A DNA stretch of 64,000 bases from Kiloniellaceae bacterium (lineage in GTDB: Bacteria; Pseudomonadota; Alphaproteobacteria; Kiloniellales; J153), in assembly GCA_046758005.1 (NCBI GenBank), contig JBHHZJ010000005.1, positions 3,155-67,154 on the forward strand. The letters run 5' to 3'. Shown one piece after another: positions 11,382-22,405 of this stretch; the first letter of the stretch is position 1; each line of letters opens with the position of its first letter. The translations under genes were made by a program, and so were the position numbers. The notes beneath the pieces were generated by a model. That model saw only the letters and a program-made list of their open reading frames with translations. It searched no databases and was not told the DNA's origin.

Positions 11382-12308
11382 TCACTGCCCGAGCTGCGCG
11401 GCGACCTCGGTGGCGAAGTCGCTTTCCTCGCGCTCCACCCCCTCGCCGAGCTGAAAGCGGACGAAGCCGGCGATCTTGATCGGCGCGCCGATTTCCTCGG
11501 CCGTCTGCTCCACGGCCTTGCGCACCTTCGTCTCGCCGTCGATGACGTAGGTCTGCTCGAGCAAACAGACGTCCTCATAGAACTTGCGCAGGCGACCCTC
11601 GACCATCTTCTCGATCACGTTGTCCGGCTTGCCGGTGGCGCGCGCCTGCGCGCTCAGGACGTTCTTCTCGCGGTCGAGCGCCGCCGGCTCGACGTCGCCG
11701 GTATCCACTACCTGCGGCGCGGTCGCCGCCACGTGCATGGCGAGCCGCCGGCCGAAGGCGCCCAGCTTGTCCTTGTCGCCCGCGGACTCGAGCGCGACGA
11801 GGACGCCGATCTTGCCGAGTCCCGGGGCGGTCTGGTTGTGGACGTACGAGGCCACGATGCCGTCGCGGACCTCGAGGTACGCGGCGCGCCGCAAGGTCAT
11901 GTTCTCGCCGATCTTGGCGATGAGGGCGGTCAGCTGGTCGTCCACGGTCCCCGCCGCGCCCGGGTAACCCGCCGCGCTCAACTTCTCCACGTCGTCGCCG
12001 GCGTCGAGCGCGAGCTTCGCGACCGTGCGCACGAAGTCCTGGAACGTTTCGTTGCGCGCCACGAAGTCGGTCTCGGAGTTGACCTCGACCACGGCCCCGC
12101 GCGCGCCCTCGGCGACCACGCCGACCAGGCCCTCGGCGGCCACGCGCCCCGCTTTCTTGGCGGCGGCGGCCAGGCCTTTCTTGCGCAGCCAGTCGACCGC
12201 GCCTTCGAGGTCGCCGCCCGTCTCGGTCAGCGCCCTCTTGCAGTCCATCATGCCGGCGCCCGTCTTCTCGCGCAGCTCCTTGACCAGCGCAGCGGTGATC
12301 TCGGCCAT
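11382..12308 (-). CDS. tsf: Translation elongation factor Ts
   Basis: 308-aa ORF. N-terminus [27 protein letters not shown]. Downstream of rpsB. Confidence 0.96.
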   Translation of the reverse strand: MAEITAALVKELREKTGAGMMDCKRALTETGGDLEGAVDWLRKKGLAAAAKKAGRVAAEGLVGVVAEGARGAVVEVNSETDFVARNETFQDFVRTVAKLALDAGDDVEKLSAAGYPGAAGTVDDQLTALIAKIGENMTLRRAAYLEVRDGIVASYVHNQTAPGLGKIGVLVALESAGDKDKLGAFGRRLAMHVAATAPQVVDTGDVEPAALDREKNVLSAQARATGKPDNVIEKMVEGRLRKFYEDVCLLEQTYVIDGETKVRKAVEQTAEEIGAPIKIAGFVRFQLGEGVEREESDFATEVAAQLGQ

Positions 12309-12356
12309 GACCTATCCGTCTCCTCGGTGCAAATTCCACCCCATTCGAGTTTCGAC

Positions 12357-12377
12357 GCACCGGCGAGGCGCCGGTGC
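12357..12377 (-). promoter_or_regulatory. Intercistronic stem-loop between rpsB and tsf (possible attenuator)
   Basis: Perfect 9-bp inverted repeat GCACCGGCG-(3 nt)-CGCCGGTGC in the 90-nt rpsB-tsf spacer. No U-tract follows. An rpsB-tsf attenuator is known in E. coli; the analogy here is inference. Confidence 0.35.
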
Positions 12378-12398
12378 GGCGGCGATCGACGTGGCGGC

Positions 12399-13511
12399 TC
12401 AGGCGCTCGCCGTGCTCTTGTCCGCGACCGCAATGGCGGTGGCGGGCTCCTCGACGGGGGTCGCTTCCGCCGATTCGCCCGCGCCGGGCTCCTCCGGTGT
12501 GGCCTCGCCTGCGACGGTCTCGGCCTTCTCAGCAGCCTCCTCGGGCTCGGCCTTCGCGGCAACCGCCTTTGCCTCGACATCCTCGGCAGCCGCCTCGGGC
12601 TCGGCCGTCGCGGCAACCGCCTCTGTCTCGACCTCCGCAGCAGCCTCCTCGGACTCGGCCTTCGCGGCAACCGCCTCGGTCTCGGCCTTCGAGGCAACCG
12701 CCTCGGTCTCGGCCTTCGCGGCAGCCTCCTCGGGCTCGGCCTCCGCGGCAGCCGCCTCGGTCTCGGGCAGCGTTTCCACGAGCCCTTCTTCGGCCTCGCC
12801 CACGTCCGCGCCGCTGGCCATGAGTTCGGCCTGGATGCCGTCCAGCACGGCGTCGGAGATCAAATCGCAGTACAGGCTGATGGCGCGGATCGCGTCGTCG
12901 TTGCCGGGGATTGGGTGGGTGACGTCCTCGGGGTCGGAATTCGAGTCGACGAGGGCGACGACCGGAATCGCCAAGACCTTGGCCTCTTTGACGGCGATGT
13001 GCTCCTTGTTGGTGTCGATCACGAAGAGCACGTCCGGTAAACCGCCCATTTCCTTGATGCCGCCCAGCGCGCGATCGAGCTTGTCGCGCTCCCGGGTCAG
13101 GTGGAGCAGCTCCTTCTTGGTCAGGCCCGACTCCTCCTGCGCGAGGCGTTCGTCGAGTTCGCGCAAGCGGCGGATCGACTGCGAGATGGTCTTCCAGTTG
13201 GTCAGCATGCCGCCGAGCCAGCGGTGGTTGACGTAGTATTGGCCGCAACGCTTGGCCGACTCTGCGATCATGTCGCTCGCCTGCCGCTTTGTGCCCACGA
13301 ACAGGACCCGGCCGCCGCCGGCGACCACGTCGCGGACGAAGACCAGGGCCCGATGGAGCAGCGGGACCGTCTGCTCGAGGTCGAGGATGTGCACGCCGTT
13401 GCGCTTGCCGAAGATGTACGGGGCCATCTTCGGGTTCCAGCGGCGGGTCGTGTGTCCGAAATGGACGCCAGCCTCCAGGAGCTGGCGCATAGTGAAGGTC
13501 GGTAGCGCCAT
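12399..13511 (-). CDS. rpsB: 30S ribosomal protein uS2 with a long repetitive acidic C-terminal extension
   Basis: 370-aa ORF. The first ~255 aa are canonical S2 ([20 protein letters not shown]...). The last ~110 aa are Ala/Glu/Thr/Pro-rich repeats ([42 protein letters not shown]...). Confidence 0.95.
   Translation of the reverse strand: MALPTFTMRQLLEAGVHFGHTTRRWNPKMAPYIFGKRNGVHILDLEQTVPLLHRALVFVRDVVAGGGRVLFVGTKRQASDMIAESAKRCGQYYVNHRWLGGMLTNWKTISQSIRRLRELDERLAQEESGLTKKELLHLTRERDKLDRALGGIKEMGGLPDVLFVIDTNKEHIAVKEAKVLAIPVVALVDSNSDPEDVTHPIPGNDDAIRAISLYCDLISDAVLDGIQAELMASGADVGEAEEGLVETLPETEAAAAEAEPEEAAAKAETEAVASKAETEAVAAKAESEEAAAEVETEAVAATAEPEAAAEDVEAKAVAAKAEPEEAAEKAETVAGEATPEEPGAGESAEATPVEEPATAIAVADKSTASA
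12531..12760 (-). repeat. In-frame nested tandem repeats inside the rpsB 3' region
   Basis: GGCAACCGCCTCGGTCTCGGCCTTCG occurs at 12666-12691 and 12693-12718 (27-nt period, 9 aa). CAGCAGCCTCCTCGG(G/A)CTCGGCCTTCGCGGCAACCGCC occurs at 12531 and 12639 (108-nt period). Confidence 0.85.
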
Positions 13512-13688
13512 GATCTCTTCTTTTCCGGTTCAGCCGCCGCGGGCCTCGCATCCGCCAATCGGACACCGGAGCGACGCCCGGGGATTCGTCCCCCGGGGAC
13601 CGCGCAGCCCGCGTGTGTCGTTGAGTGCGCCGGGTAGTACCCCTCAAGCCCGGATATTGCAAGGGGAAAACCGGTCCGCGGGGCGGCC

Positions 13689-16600
13689 TCAGACGTCCTG
13701 CACCTCGACGCCCGGGATCGCCTTGATCGCCTGTCGGATGGTCGGGGACAAGCGGTAGCCGCCGGGCAGGTCCAGCTCCACCTCGCGCCCGTCGGCCAGG
13801 TCGAGGACCAGCGAGATCCGCCCGCGCCCGCGCCCCTCGCGCGCGAGCAAGCTCTTCAGGCTGCCGAGTGGTCGTTCGTCGCCGAGGAAGACCTTGAGCC
13901 CCGTCCCCGCCCGGGCGACGGCGGCGTCCAGGGGCTCGACCTCCTGGGCCATGAGGCGCAGGTCTTCCCCGTCACCCCTGGGCTCGACCGTCAGCAGCAG
14001 CGGCGCGCCGCCCTCGAGCAGGTCGCGGGACCTGGAAAGCAGCTCGGAAAAGACGACGACCTCGAAGACCCCGCTGGTATCGGACAGCTGCACGAATGCG
14101 AAGCGGTTGCCCTGGCGCGAGGTGCGCTCCTGCTTGCCGATCACGATGCCGGCGACCCGCTTCCGGCCCGCCTCGTGGTCGAGGATAGCGGGCAGCTCGG
14201 CGGCGTGGACGACCCGCAGCCGTTCGAGCGCCCTGGCGTGGGCGTCGAGCGGGTGGGCCGAGAGGTAGAAGCCGATGGCCTCGAACTCGTGCCGCAGGCG
14301 CTCCATGGGGGGCCAGTCGTCGCCCTGCGCCATGGTCAGGTCCGGCGCCTCGGCGTCCGAGCCGTTGCCGAAAAGGGTCTCTTGGGCGCTCGCCCGCTCG
14401 CTGGCCGCCGCGGCGGCGTGCCGGACGATCGTCTCGGCCGCCTCGTAGACTTGACGACGGTTACGGTTGAGGCCGTCGAAGGCGCCGGCGCAGGCGAGGT
14501 TCTCCAGCTGACGCTTGTTGAGGCTGCGCGCGTCGGCCCGGCGTGCGAAATCGCCGAGGCTTCGGAAGGGGCCGCCGGCCTCCCGCTCGGCGACCAGCAC
14601 GCGCATGGCCGCCTCGCCGACGTTCTTGATCGCGCCGAGCGCGTAGCGGATCGCCGGCCGGCCCTCGCGCCCGCCGTTCGCGCTCGGCGTCTCGACGCTG
14701 AAATCCGCGCGCGAACGGTTGACGTCAGGCGGCAGCAGCGGAATCCCGAGGCGCCCGAGCTCCTGGCGAAAGACGTTGAGCTTGTCCGTGTTGCCCATGT
14801 CGAACGTCATGGAGGCGGCCAGGAACTCGACCGGGTAATTGGCCTTCAGGTATGCGGTCTGGTAGGCGACGAGGGCGTAGGCCGCCGCGTGCGCCTTGTT
14901 GAAGCCGTAGCCGGCGAACTTGGCCATCTGCTCGAAGATCTGCTCGGCCCTGGCCGAAGGCACGCCGCGGGCGGCCGCGCCCTCGATGAACGTCTTGCGC
15001 TGCGCCTCCATCTCGGACTTGATCTTCTTGCCCATGGCCTTGCGCAGGATATCCGCGCTGCCGAGGGAGTAGCCGGCCAGCTCTTGAGCGATCTGCAGGA
15101 CCTGTTCCTGATAGATCATGATCCCGAAGGTTTCCTTCAGGATGCCTTCGAGGCTCGGATACAGGGTGTCCGACGCTTCCTCGCCGTGCTTGCGGGCGAT
15201 GTAGCTGGGAATGTTGTCCATCGGCCCGGGGCGGTAGAGGGCGACGACCGCGATGATTTCCTCGAAGCGGTCCGGCTTGAGGCCCCTGAGGACGTCGCGC
15301 ATGCCGGCGGACTCAAGCTGGAACACGCCGACGGTCTCGCCGCGGCCCAGCATCTCGTATGTCTTGGGGTCGTCGAGGGGGATGCGCAACAGGTCGATGT
15401 CGACGCCGCGCTCCACGATCAACTCGCACGCCCGGGCGAGCACGGAGAGGGTCTTGAGGCCGAGGAAGTCGAACTTCACGAGGCCGGCCTTCTCGACGTA
15501 CTTCATGCTGAACTGGGTGACCGGCATCTCCGAGCGCGGGTCGCGGTAGAGCGGGACCAGCTCATCGAGGGACCGGTCGCCGATCACGACGCCGGCTGCG
15601 TGGGTCGAGGCGTGCCGGTACAAGCCCTCGAGCTTGAGCGCGATGTCGATCAGCCGAGCCACGGTCTCGTCCCGGTCGCGCATCTCCTGCAGCCGCGCCT
15701 CGGCCGCGATCGCGCGCTCCAGGCTCACCGGGTTGGCCGGGTTGTGCGGCACCAGCTTGCAGATTCGGTCGACCTGCGGATACGGCATGTGCAGGACCCG
15801 CCCCACATCGCGCAGCGCGGCGCGGGCCTGCAGCTTGCCGAACGTGATGATCTGGGCCACCCGGTCGCGGCCGTACTTGTCCTGCACATAGCGGATCACC
15901 TCGTCGCGCCGCTCCTGGCAGAAGTCTATGTCGAAGTCCGGCATTGAGATGCGCTCGGGGTTGAGAAAACGCTCGAAGACGAGGCCCCAACGCAGTGGAT
16001 CCAGATCGGTAATGGTCAACGCCCAGGCGACCACCGAGGCGGCGCCCGAGCCCCGCCCCGGGCCGACGGGAATGCCCCGCTGCTTGGCCCACTGGATGAA
16101 GTCGGCGACGATCAGGAAGTAGCCGGGGAAGCCCATCTGCTCGATGATGCCGAGCTCGTAGTTCTGACGCTCCCGGTACACGCGCGCCGCGGCCTGCCGC
16201 GCCGCCTCGTCCATGTCCGGCGCGAACACCTGCGTTTCCAGGCGAGCCTTCAGCCCCGCCTCGGCCCGGGCTCGCAGCTCCTCGGTCTCGCTGCGTCCGC
16301 ACTCGGTGGGAAAGGCCGGCAGAATGGGCGCGACCTCGTCGGGCACATAGGCGCAGCGCCGGGCGATGACGAGGGTGTTGTCCACCGCCTCGGGCAGGTC
16401 GGCGAAAAGGCGGGCCATCTCCTCGGCCGACTTGAAGCGGTGCTCGGGGGTCAGGCGGCGGCGCTCGCTCTCGGCCACGTACGCGCCCTCGGCGATGCAC
16501 AGGAGCGCGTCGTGCGCTTCGTACATGTTCTCGTCGGCGAAGAAGGCCTCGTTGGTGGCGACGAGCGGCAGGTCGTGCGCGTACGCGAGGTCGACCAGCC

Positions 16601-17174
16601 GGTCCTCGATCCGGGTCTCCTCGGGCAGGCCGTGGCGCATCAGCTCGACGTACAGCCTGCCGGGGAAAATCCGCGCCAGCGCACGCAGGATCTCTTCCGC
16701 CACCTCGTCCCGCCCCTCGAGCAGCCGCCGCCCGACCGGTCCCGCCGGGCCGCCGGTCAGCGCGATCAGGCCGCCGCCGAACGTGTCCAAGTCGGCGGGC
16801 GCGACCTGTGGCGGCTCGCCCGGCGCGGTCTCCAGATAGGACTTGGAGACGAGCTTCATCAGGTTGCGGTAACCCGCCTCGCTCTGCACGAGCAGGACGA
16901 ACGGCTCCGGCGCCGGTGACGGCGGGGAACCGCCGGCGAGCTCGCCACGTTCCCGACCCAGGGCGATCTGGCAGCCGATGATCGGCTGCACGCCGGCCCG
17001 CCGCGCGGCCAGCGCGAACTCCAGCGCGCCGAACAGGTTGCCGCTGTCCGTGACCGCGACGGCCGGCATCGCGTGGCCGCGGCACAGCGCGATCAGCTCG
17101 TCGATCTTGAGCGCGCCTTCGAGCAGGGAATAGGCGGAGTGGACGCGGAGGTGGACGAATCCGGCGTGCGGCAT
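13689..17174 (-). CDS. dnaE: DNA polymerase III alpha subunit
   Basis: ORF 13689..17294 trimmed to ATG 17174 (MPHAGFVHLRVHSAYSLLEGAL, PHP domain). 1161 aa with polymerase core and OB-fold regions. Confidence 0.96.
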   Translation of the reverse strand: MPHAGFVHLRVHSAYSLLEGALKIDELIALCRGHAMPAVAVTDSGNLFGALEFALAARRAGVQPIIGCQIALGRERGELAGGSPPSPAPEPFVLLVQSEAGYRNLMKLVSKSYLETAPGEPPQVAPADLDTFGGGLIALTGGPAGPVGRRLLEGRDEVAEEILRALARIFPGRLYVELMRHGLPEETRIEDRLVDLAYAHDLPLVATNEAFFADENMYEAHDALLCIAEGAYVAESERRRLTPEHRFKSAEEMARLFADLPEAVDNTLVIARRCAYVPDEVAPILPAFPTECGRSETEELRARAEAGLKARLETQVFAPDMDEAARQAAARVYRERQNYELGIIEQMGFPGYFLIVADFIQWAKQRGIPVGPGRGSGAASVVAWALTITDLDPLRWGLVFERFLNPERISMPDFDIDFCQERRDEVIRYVQDKYGRDRVAQIITFGKLQARAALRDVGRVLHMPYPQVDRICKLVPHNPANPVSLERAIAAEARLQEMRDRDETVARLIDIALKLEGLYRHASTHAAGVVIGDRSLDELVPLYRDPRSEMPVTQFSMKYVEKAGLVKFDFLGLKTLSVLARACELIVERGVDIDLLRIPLDDPKTYEMLGRGETVGVFQLESAGMRDVLRGLKPDRFEEIIAVVALYRPGPMDNIPSYIARKHGEEASDTLYPSLEGILKETFGIMIYQEQVLQIAQELAGYSLGSADILRKAMGKKIKSEMEAQRKTFIEGAAARGVPSARAEQIFEQMAKFAGYGFNKAHAAAYALVAYQTAYLKANYPVEFLAASMTFDMGNTDKLNVFRQELGRLGIPLLPPDVNRSRADFSVETPSANGGREGRPAIRYALGAIKNVGEAAMRVLVAEREAGGPFRSLGDFARRADARSLNKRQLENLACAGAFDGLNRNRRQVYEAAETIVRHAAAAASERASAQETLFGNGSDAEAPDLTMAQGDDWPPMERLRHEFEAIGFYLSAHPLDAHARALERLRVVHAAELPAILDHEAGRKRVAGIVIGKQERTSRQGNRFAFVQLSDTSGVFEVVVFSELLSRSRDLLEGGAPLLLTVEPRGDGEDLRLMAQEVEPLDAAVARAGTGLKVFLGDERPLGSLKSLLAREGRGRGRISLVLDLADGREVELDLPGGYRLSPTIRQAIKAIPGVEVQDV

Positions 17175-17217
17175 GGCGCAGAGCATACATCGCCGCGCCG
17201 GCCTGTCACCTTGTGGA

Positions 17218-18138
17218 TTACGGGGAAATCCGTTTCGGTAGGCGTTCCCTGAGCAACCGGATGTGCTCGGGGCCGATGCCGCAGCAGCCGCCAACCACCT
17301 GCACGCCCATGGCCACCCATTTCCGGGCCTCCGCCGCGTAGTCTTCGGGCGAAATGATATCGACGAACTGCCAGTCCGGCATGACGAAGTGTCCGCTGTG
17401 CGGGTAGGCGGCGACCGGGCCGGACCATGTCTCGAAGATGACCCGAAGGGCCGGCTCGACGGTCGCCACCTCGCTGTGCATGACCCCGGCGAGCGCGCCG
17501 CCGGCCGCCATCACCTTGGCGAGGCCCTCGGCGAGGCCCGTCGTGCTGTCCGCGCGCCGGAAGAAGAGCGTCTTGCCGTCCGCCCCGGGCCGGCAACTGA
17601 ATCCCACCCAGACGGGCAGTCCCGTGGCGGTCGCGGCCTCGACCGCGTAGGTGCCGTACTCGATGTCCTGCATCATTTCGAGCGCGATCAGGTCGACCCC
17701 GGCCTCCGCCAGCGCCGCGGCCTGCTCCCGATAATCGGCTTGTGCGACGTCGGGCCGGGGCGCCTTGTCCTTCGCGTTTTCCGGCAGAAAGCTGGAAATC
17801 GACCCGGCGACCCAGACGTTCCGGCCGCGCGCGGCGCGCTCGCGCGCCGCATGCGCCAGCTCGACCGCCCGCCGATTGAGTTCGCCCGCCCGCGCGCCCA
17901 GGCCGGCCGGCTCGAGCACGTTGCGCGCGGCGCCGAAGGTGTTGGTGATGATCACGTCGGCACCGGCGCGGATGTAGTCCTCGTGGATGTCGCGGATCAC
18001 GTCGGGATGGGTGGCGATGGCCGCCCCGCTCCAGGCGACCCGGTCCATGGGCACGCCGCGGCGCTGCAACTCGGTGCCCATGGCGCCGTCGAGGAGGATG
18101 ACCTCGCCGCGTTCGAGACGCTCCTGCAACTCGATCAT
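17218..18138 (-). CDS. Homocysteine S-methyltransferase family protein
   Basis: 306-aa ORF. Motifs LLDGAMGTEL, ITNTFGA and the C-terminal zinc-site VVGGCCGIGPEHI, typical of Pfam S-methyl_trans (from memory). Confidence 0.8.
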   Translation of the reverse strand: MIELQERLERGEVILLDGAMGTELQRRGVPMDRVAWSGAAIATHPDVIRDIHEDYIRAGADVIITNTFGAARNVLEPAGLGARAGELNRRAVELAHAARERAARGRNVWVAGSISSFLPENAKDKAPRPDVAQADYREQAAALAEAGVDLIALEMMQDIEYGTYAVEAATATGLPVWVGFSCRPGADGKTLFFRRADSTTGLAEGLAKVMAAGGALAGVMHSEVATVEPALRVIFETWSGPVAAYPHSGHFVMPDWQFVDIISPEDYAAEARKWVAMGVQVVGGCCGIGPEHIRLLRERLPKRISP

Positions 18139-18205
18139 GTCTTCGCCCGCCGTTCCCGATGGCCACCCCGCCCGGCCAAAATAGCACGCACCGGCCTGCG
18201 GGCAA

Positions 18206-18932
<727 letters not shown>

Positions 18933-18940
<8 letters not shown>

Positions 18941-20195
18941 AACGCAGCGCCTCCACCGGATCGAGCCGCCCGGCGCGCCAGGCCGGATAGACGGTTGCAG
19001 TGAAGGATAGGCCGAGCGCCATCACGATGACCGCGGCCACTTCGCCCCAGTCGATGACCGCGGGAATTTGCGAAAGAAATCGGATCTCGGGGCTCCAGAG
19101 GTCGGTTCCGGTCAGGCCTTCGAGGACTTGGCGGATGCTCTCGATGTTGAGACAAAAAGCGATGCCCAGGATCAGCCCGATCATGGTCCCGACGACCCCG
19201 ATGCTGGCGCCGCTCATCAGGAAGATGCGCAGGACCATGCCCCGCGTCGCCCCCATGGTGCGAAGGATCGCGATGTCCCGCCCCTTGTCCTTCACCAGCA
19301 TGATCATGCCCGAGATTATGTTGAAGGCCGCAACGACAATGATCAGGGTCAAGATCAGGAACATGACGTTGCGTTCCACCTGGATCGCGTTGAAGAAGCT
19401 GGAATTCGACTGCTGCCAGTCGAGAATCCGGTAACCCGGGCCGAGGGCGGCCGCGATGCGCCGGGTCGCCTCGCGCACCTTGTCCGGGTCCTCTACGAAG
19501 ATCTCGATCGCGTTGACCTGCCCGGGCAGGCGGAAGAAGAGCTGGGCCGCCTTCAGCGGCAGGTAAATGAAGGTGCTGTCGTACTCGTACATGCCGACCT
19601 GGAACAGGCCGACGATGCGGTAGGCCTTGAGGCGCGGCATAGTGCCCATGACCGTCGCCGTCCCTTGGGGCGAGACAAGGGTCACGCTGTCACCGACCCG
19701 CAGGTTCAGCCGCTGGGCCAGACGGCTGCCGATCACGACCGCGCCGCCGGCGCCCTCCTCCGCGGCGGCGAACCCGTCGAGCGAGCCCGCGACCATGTTG
19801 TCGGCGATGAGCGCGCGCGCCCTCAGGTCTTCCGGCCGGACCCCGCGCACGAGCCCGCCCGAGGCCGCGCCGCGCGCGATAACCATGACCTGCGCTTCGA
19901 CATGGGCGGTCGCGCCGACCACGCCCTCGACGCCGCGCAGACGCGCCACGACGGCCTCGTAGTCGGCGATCGGCCCCTGCGACCCGTAGACCGTGAGATG
20001 TCCGTTGACGCCGAGAATGCGCGCCAGCAGCTCCTGGCGGAACCCGTTCATCACCGCCATGACGATGATCAGGGTCGCCACCCCGAGCGCGATTCCCAGC
20101 AGGGAAAACCCGGCGATGACGGAGATGAAGCCCTCCTGGCGCCGCGCGCGCAGGTAGCGCATCGCGACCATCCGTTCGAAGGGGCTGAGGATCAT
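18933..20195 (-). CDS. lolC: Lipoprotein-releasing system permease (LolC/E family)
   Basis: 420-aa ORF. MacB/FtsX-type topology: an N-terminal TM segment, a large periplasmic domain and a C-terminal FtsX domain. Paired with lolD. Confidence 0.85.
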
Positions 20196-20234
20196 GAGCG
20201 CGACCGGAGCTCAGGCCCGCGGTGCGTGGGAGCG

Positions 20235-20267
20235 GACCTCATGTTTGGATAGGTGCAACATGAGGTC
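20235..20267. other. Perfect 11-bp stem / 11-nt loop hairpin between proS and lolC
   Basis: GACCTCATGTT-tggataggtgc-AACATGAGGTC, read directly from the sequence. No U-tract on either strand. Confidence 0.6.
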
Positions 20268-20316
20268 GTCATACCGAGCTCGTTCAAGGATGAGAATCCG
20301 CTCACGAAATACGGTT

Positions 20317-21651
20317 TTAGAGTTCAAAGCACTGTCCGGTGAGCCGGGCCAGGGCGGACTCGAGGGACAGCTCGTGGCGCTCGCCCCCCTGGCGCCGCTT
20401 CAGCTCGACCACGCCCTTCTCCAGGCCGCGCGGGCCGATGATGACCTGCCAGGGCAGGCCGATGAGGTCCATGTCGGCGAACTTGGTGCCGGCGCGCTCG
20501 TCGCGGTCGTCGTAGAGCACCTCGACGCCCGCGGCGCGCAGCTTGGCGTAGGTCTCCTCGCAGACCTTGGCGCATGGGCCGTCATCCGCCTTGATGTTGA
20601 CCAGTCCGACATGGAACGGGGCCACGGGCGGGGGCCAGACGATGCCGTCCCGGTCGTGGCTGGCCTCGATGATCGCGCCCACCAAGCGCGACACGCCGAT
20701 TCCGTACGAGCCCATGTGGACCGGCACCTGCTCCCCGCCGGGCGTGGCGACCACGGCGTCGAGGGGCGCGGAATACTTGGTGCCGAAATAGAAGATGTGG
20801 CCGACCTCGATGCCGCGACGGCGCACCCGCTTGTCCTCCGGAATCGCCTTCTCGAAGGCGGCCGGGTCGTGCTTGTCGTCGGTGCGGGCGTAGAGCTGCG
20901 TCCAGTCGGCCACGATGGGCTCCAGGTCCGCCTCGTAGTCGACCTCCCTGGCGAGCACGTCGTGCGCCAGGAGATCGCCGTGGCAGAAGACCGCGGTCTC
21001 GCCCGTGTCGGCGAGGATGATGAACTCGTGGCTCAGGTTACCGCCGATCGGCCCCGATTCGGCCTCCATGGGAATGGCCTTCAGTCCCATGCGCGCGAAG
21101 GTCCTGAGGTACGACACGAACATCTTGTTGTAGGACCGCTTGGCGCCGGCGTAGTCCAGGTCGAAGGAGTAGTTGTCCTTCATCAGGAACTCGCGCCCGC
21201 GCATGACGCCGAAACGGGGCCGCACCTCGTCGCGGAACTTCCACTGGATGTGGTAGAGCATCTTCGGCAGGTCGCGGTAGCTCTTGACCGCGTGGCGGAA
21301 GATCTCGGTGATCAGCTCCTCGTTGGTCGGGCCGTAGAGCATCTCCCGGCCGTGGCGGTCCTTGAAGCGCAGCATCTCCGGCCCGTAGGCGTCGTAACGC
21401 CCGGACTGCCTCCACAGGTCGGCCGACTGGACGGTCGGCATGAGGACCTCCTGCGCGCCGGAGCGGTCCTGCTCCTCGCGTACGATCTGCTCGATCTTCT
21501 TGAGCACGCGGAACCCGAGCGGCAGCCACGAATAGATGCCGGCGCTGGCCTGGCGGATCATGCCCGCGCGCAGCATCAGGCGGTGGGAGACGATCTGGGC
21601 CTCGGACGGCGTCTCCTTGAGCGTGGGCATGAAATACGTGGAAAGACGCAT
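20317..21651 (-). CDS. proS: Proline--tRNA ligase (short alphaproteobacterial type lacking the large insertion/editing domain)
   Basis: ORF 20317..21693 trimmed to ATG 21651 ([34 protein letters not shown]), with SD GAAGGAG upstream. 444 aa, class II motifs present. Confidence 0.93.
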   Translation of the reverse strand: MRLSTYFMPTLKETPSEAQIVSHRLMLRAGMIRQASAGIYSWLPLGFRVLKKIEQIVREEQDRSGAQEVLMPTVQSADLWRQSGRYDAYGPEMLRFKDRHGREMLYGPTNEELITEIFRHAVKSYRDLPKMLYHIQWKFRDEVRPRFGVMRGREFLMKDNYSFDLDYAGAKRSYNKMFVSYLRTFARMGLKAIPMEAESGPIGGNLSHEFIILADTGETAVFCHGDLLAHDVLAREVDYEADLEPIVADWTQLYARTDDKHDPAAFEKAIPEDKRVRRRGIEVGHIFYFGTKYSAPLDAVVATPGGEQVPVHMGSYGIGVSRLVGAIIEASHDRDGIVWPPPVAPFHVGLVNIKADDGPCAKVCEETYAKLRAAGVEVLYDDRDERAGTKFADMDLIGLPWQVIIGPRGLEKGVVELKRRQGGERHELSLESALARLTGQCFEL

Positions 21652-21826
21652 CGCGCTCCTTCGCCTGTACGTAAGAGTAGTCTCCACGATCATGGGAAGA
21701 TGATATTGGGTCCTTGGGCCGGCGCGCGGGCCTCCAGGCGCGCCGCGGCGTTCGGGTCGGCAGATGTATAGAAGAAGGCCTCCGCGATGTCCATGGCGCG
21801 CCGGGCCCGACCGGCGCGCGGCGTGA

Positions 21827-22264
21827 TCAACGCCGGCCGTACAGGATCTCCTGGCAGCGCTCGGTCAGGTCCGCCTGCGCTTCGTTCTGGAGCGGTTGGC
21901 CGTTGAAGTACGCCCGCCCGTCGCGGACGGTCACGTTCCCGATCTGGGCGTCGGCGTCGAATAGGTCCGGGTCGGCGGGAATCCCGAAGCGGTCCTCCAG
22001 CTCGACTTGGATGTCGATCTCGATCGTCTCCGGTGGGGCGATCCGGACCCCGTCGTCGAGGTCGGCCGGCGCCACGGCGCGGCCGCGCACGTCGACGCCG
22101 GGCCGGTAGGCCACATCAGGCGCCGGCACATGCTTGACAAGGCGGCGGCAGTCCGACTTTGTGATCGCCGCGCTCACCTGGTCCTGCCCTGCCGCGGGGG
22201 ACGCCACGGCAAGGATCAGGGGCACGAGCGCCAGGGCGGGGCGTCTGATCGTGCGCGGGATCAT
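21827..22264 (-). CDS. Hypothetical secreted protein
   Basis: 145-aa ORF with a clear signal peptide ([26 protein letters not shown]) and balanced, Asp-rich mature composition. I do not recognise the family. Confidence 0.6.
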   Translation of the reverse strand: MIPRTIRRPALALVPLILAVASPAAGQDQVSAAITKSDCRRLVKHVPAPDVAYRPGVDVRGRAVAPADLDDGVRIAPPETIEIDIQVELEDRFGIPADPDLFDADAQIGNVTVRDGRAYFNGQPLQNEAQADLTERCQEILYGRR

Positions 22265-22280
22265 GGGACGAGGCTAGGGA

Positions 22281-22310
22281 CCGGCCGTTTAACAAACCGA
22301 TAACGGCCGG
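22281..22310. promoter_or_regulatory. Perfect 9-bp inverted repeat in the divergent promoter/leader region of the purine permease
   Basis: CCGGCCGTT-(12 nt)-AACGGCCGG. Two further hairpins follow at 22323-22345 and 22351-22382, before SD/ATG 22406. Confidence 0.4.
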
Positions 22311-22405
22311 CCTTGGCGTGCCGAACCGCCGAAATGGGGCGGTTTCCGGCGTGCGGGCCGGCTGCGGCGCGCGGGGCCGCACCGCGTCTGCGAGGGGGGC
22401 GAGGC

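Noticed and set aside
12399-12790. The tandem repeats in this region, considered as a possible CRISPR array or minisatellite outside genes.
   Set aside because: The repeats are in frame within rpsB, have no unique spacers of regular length, and encode a coherent Ala/Glu-rich peptide repeat.
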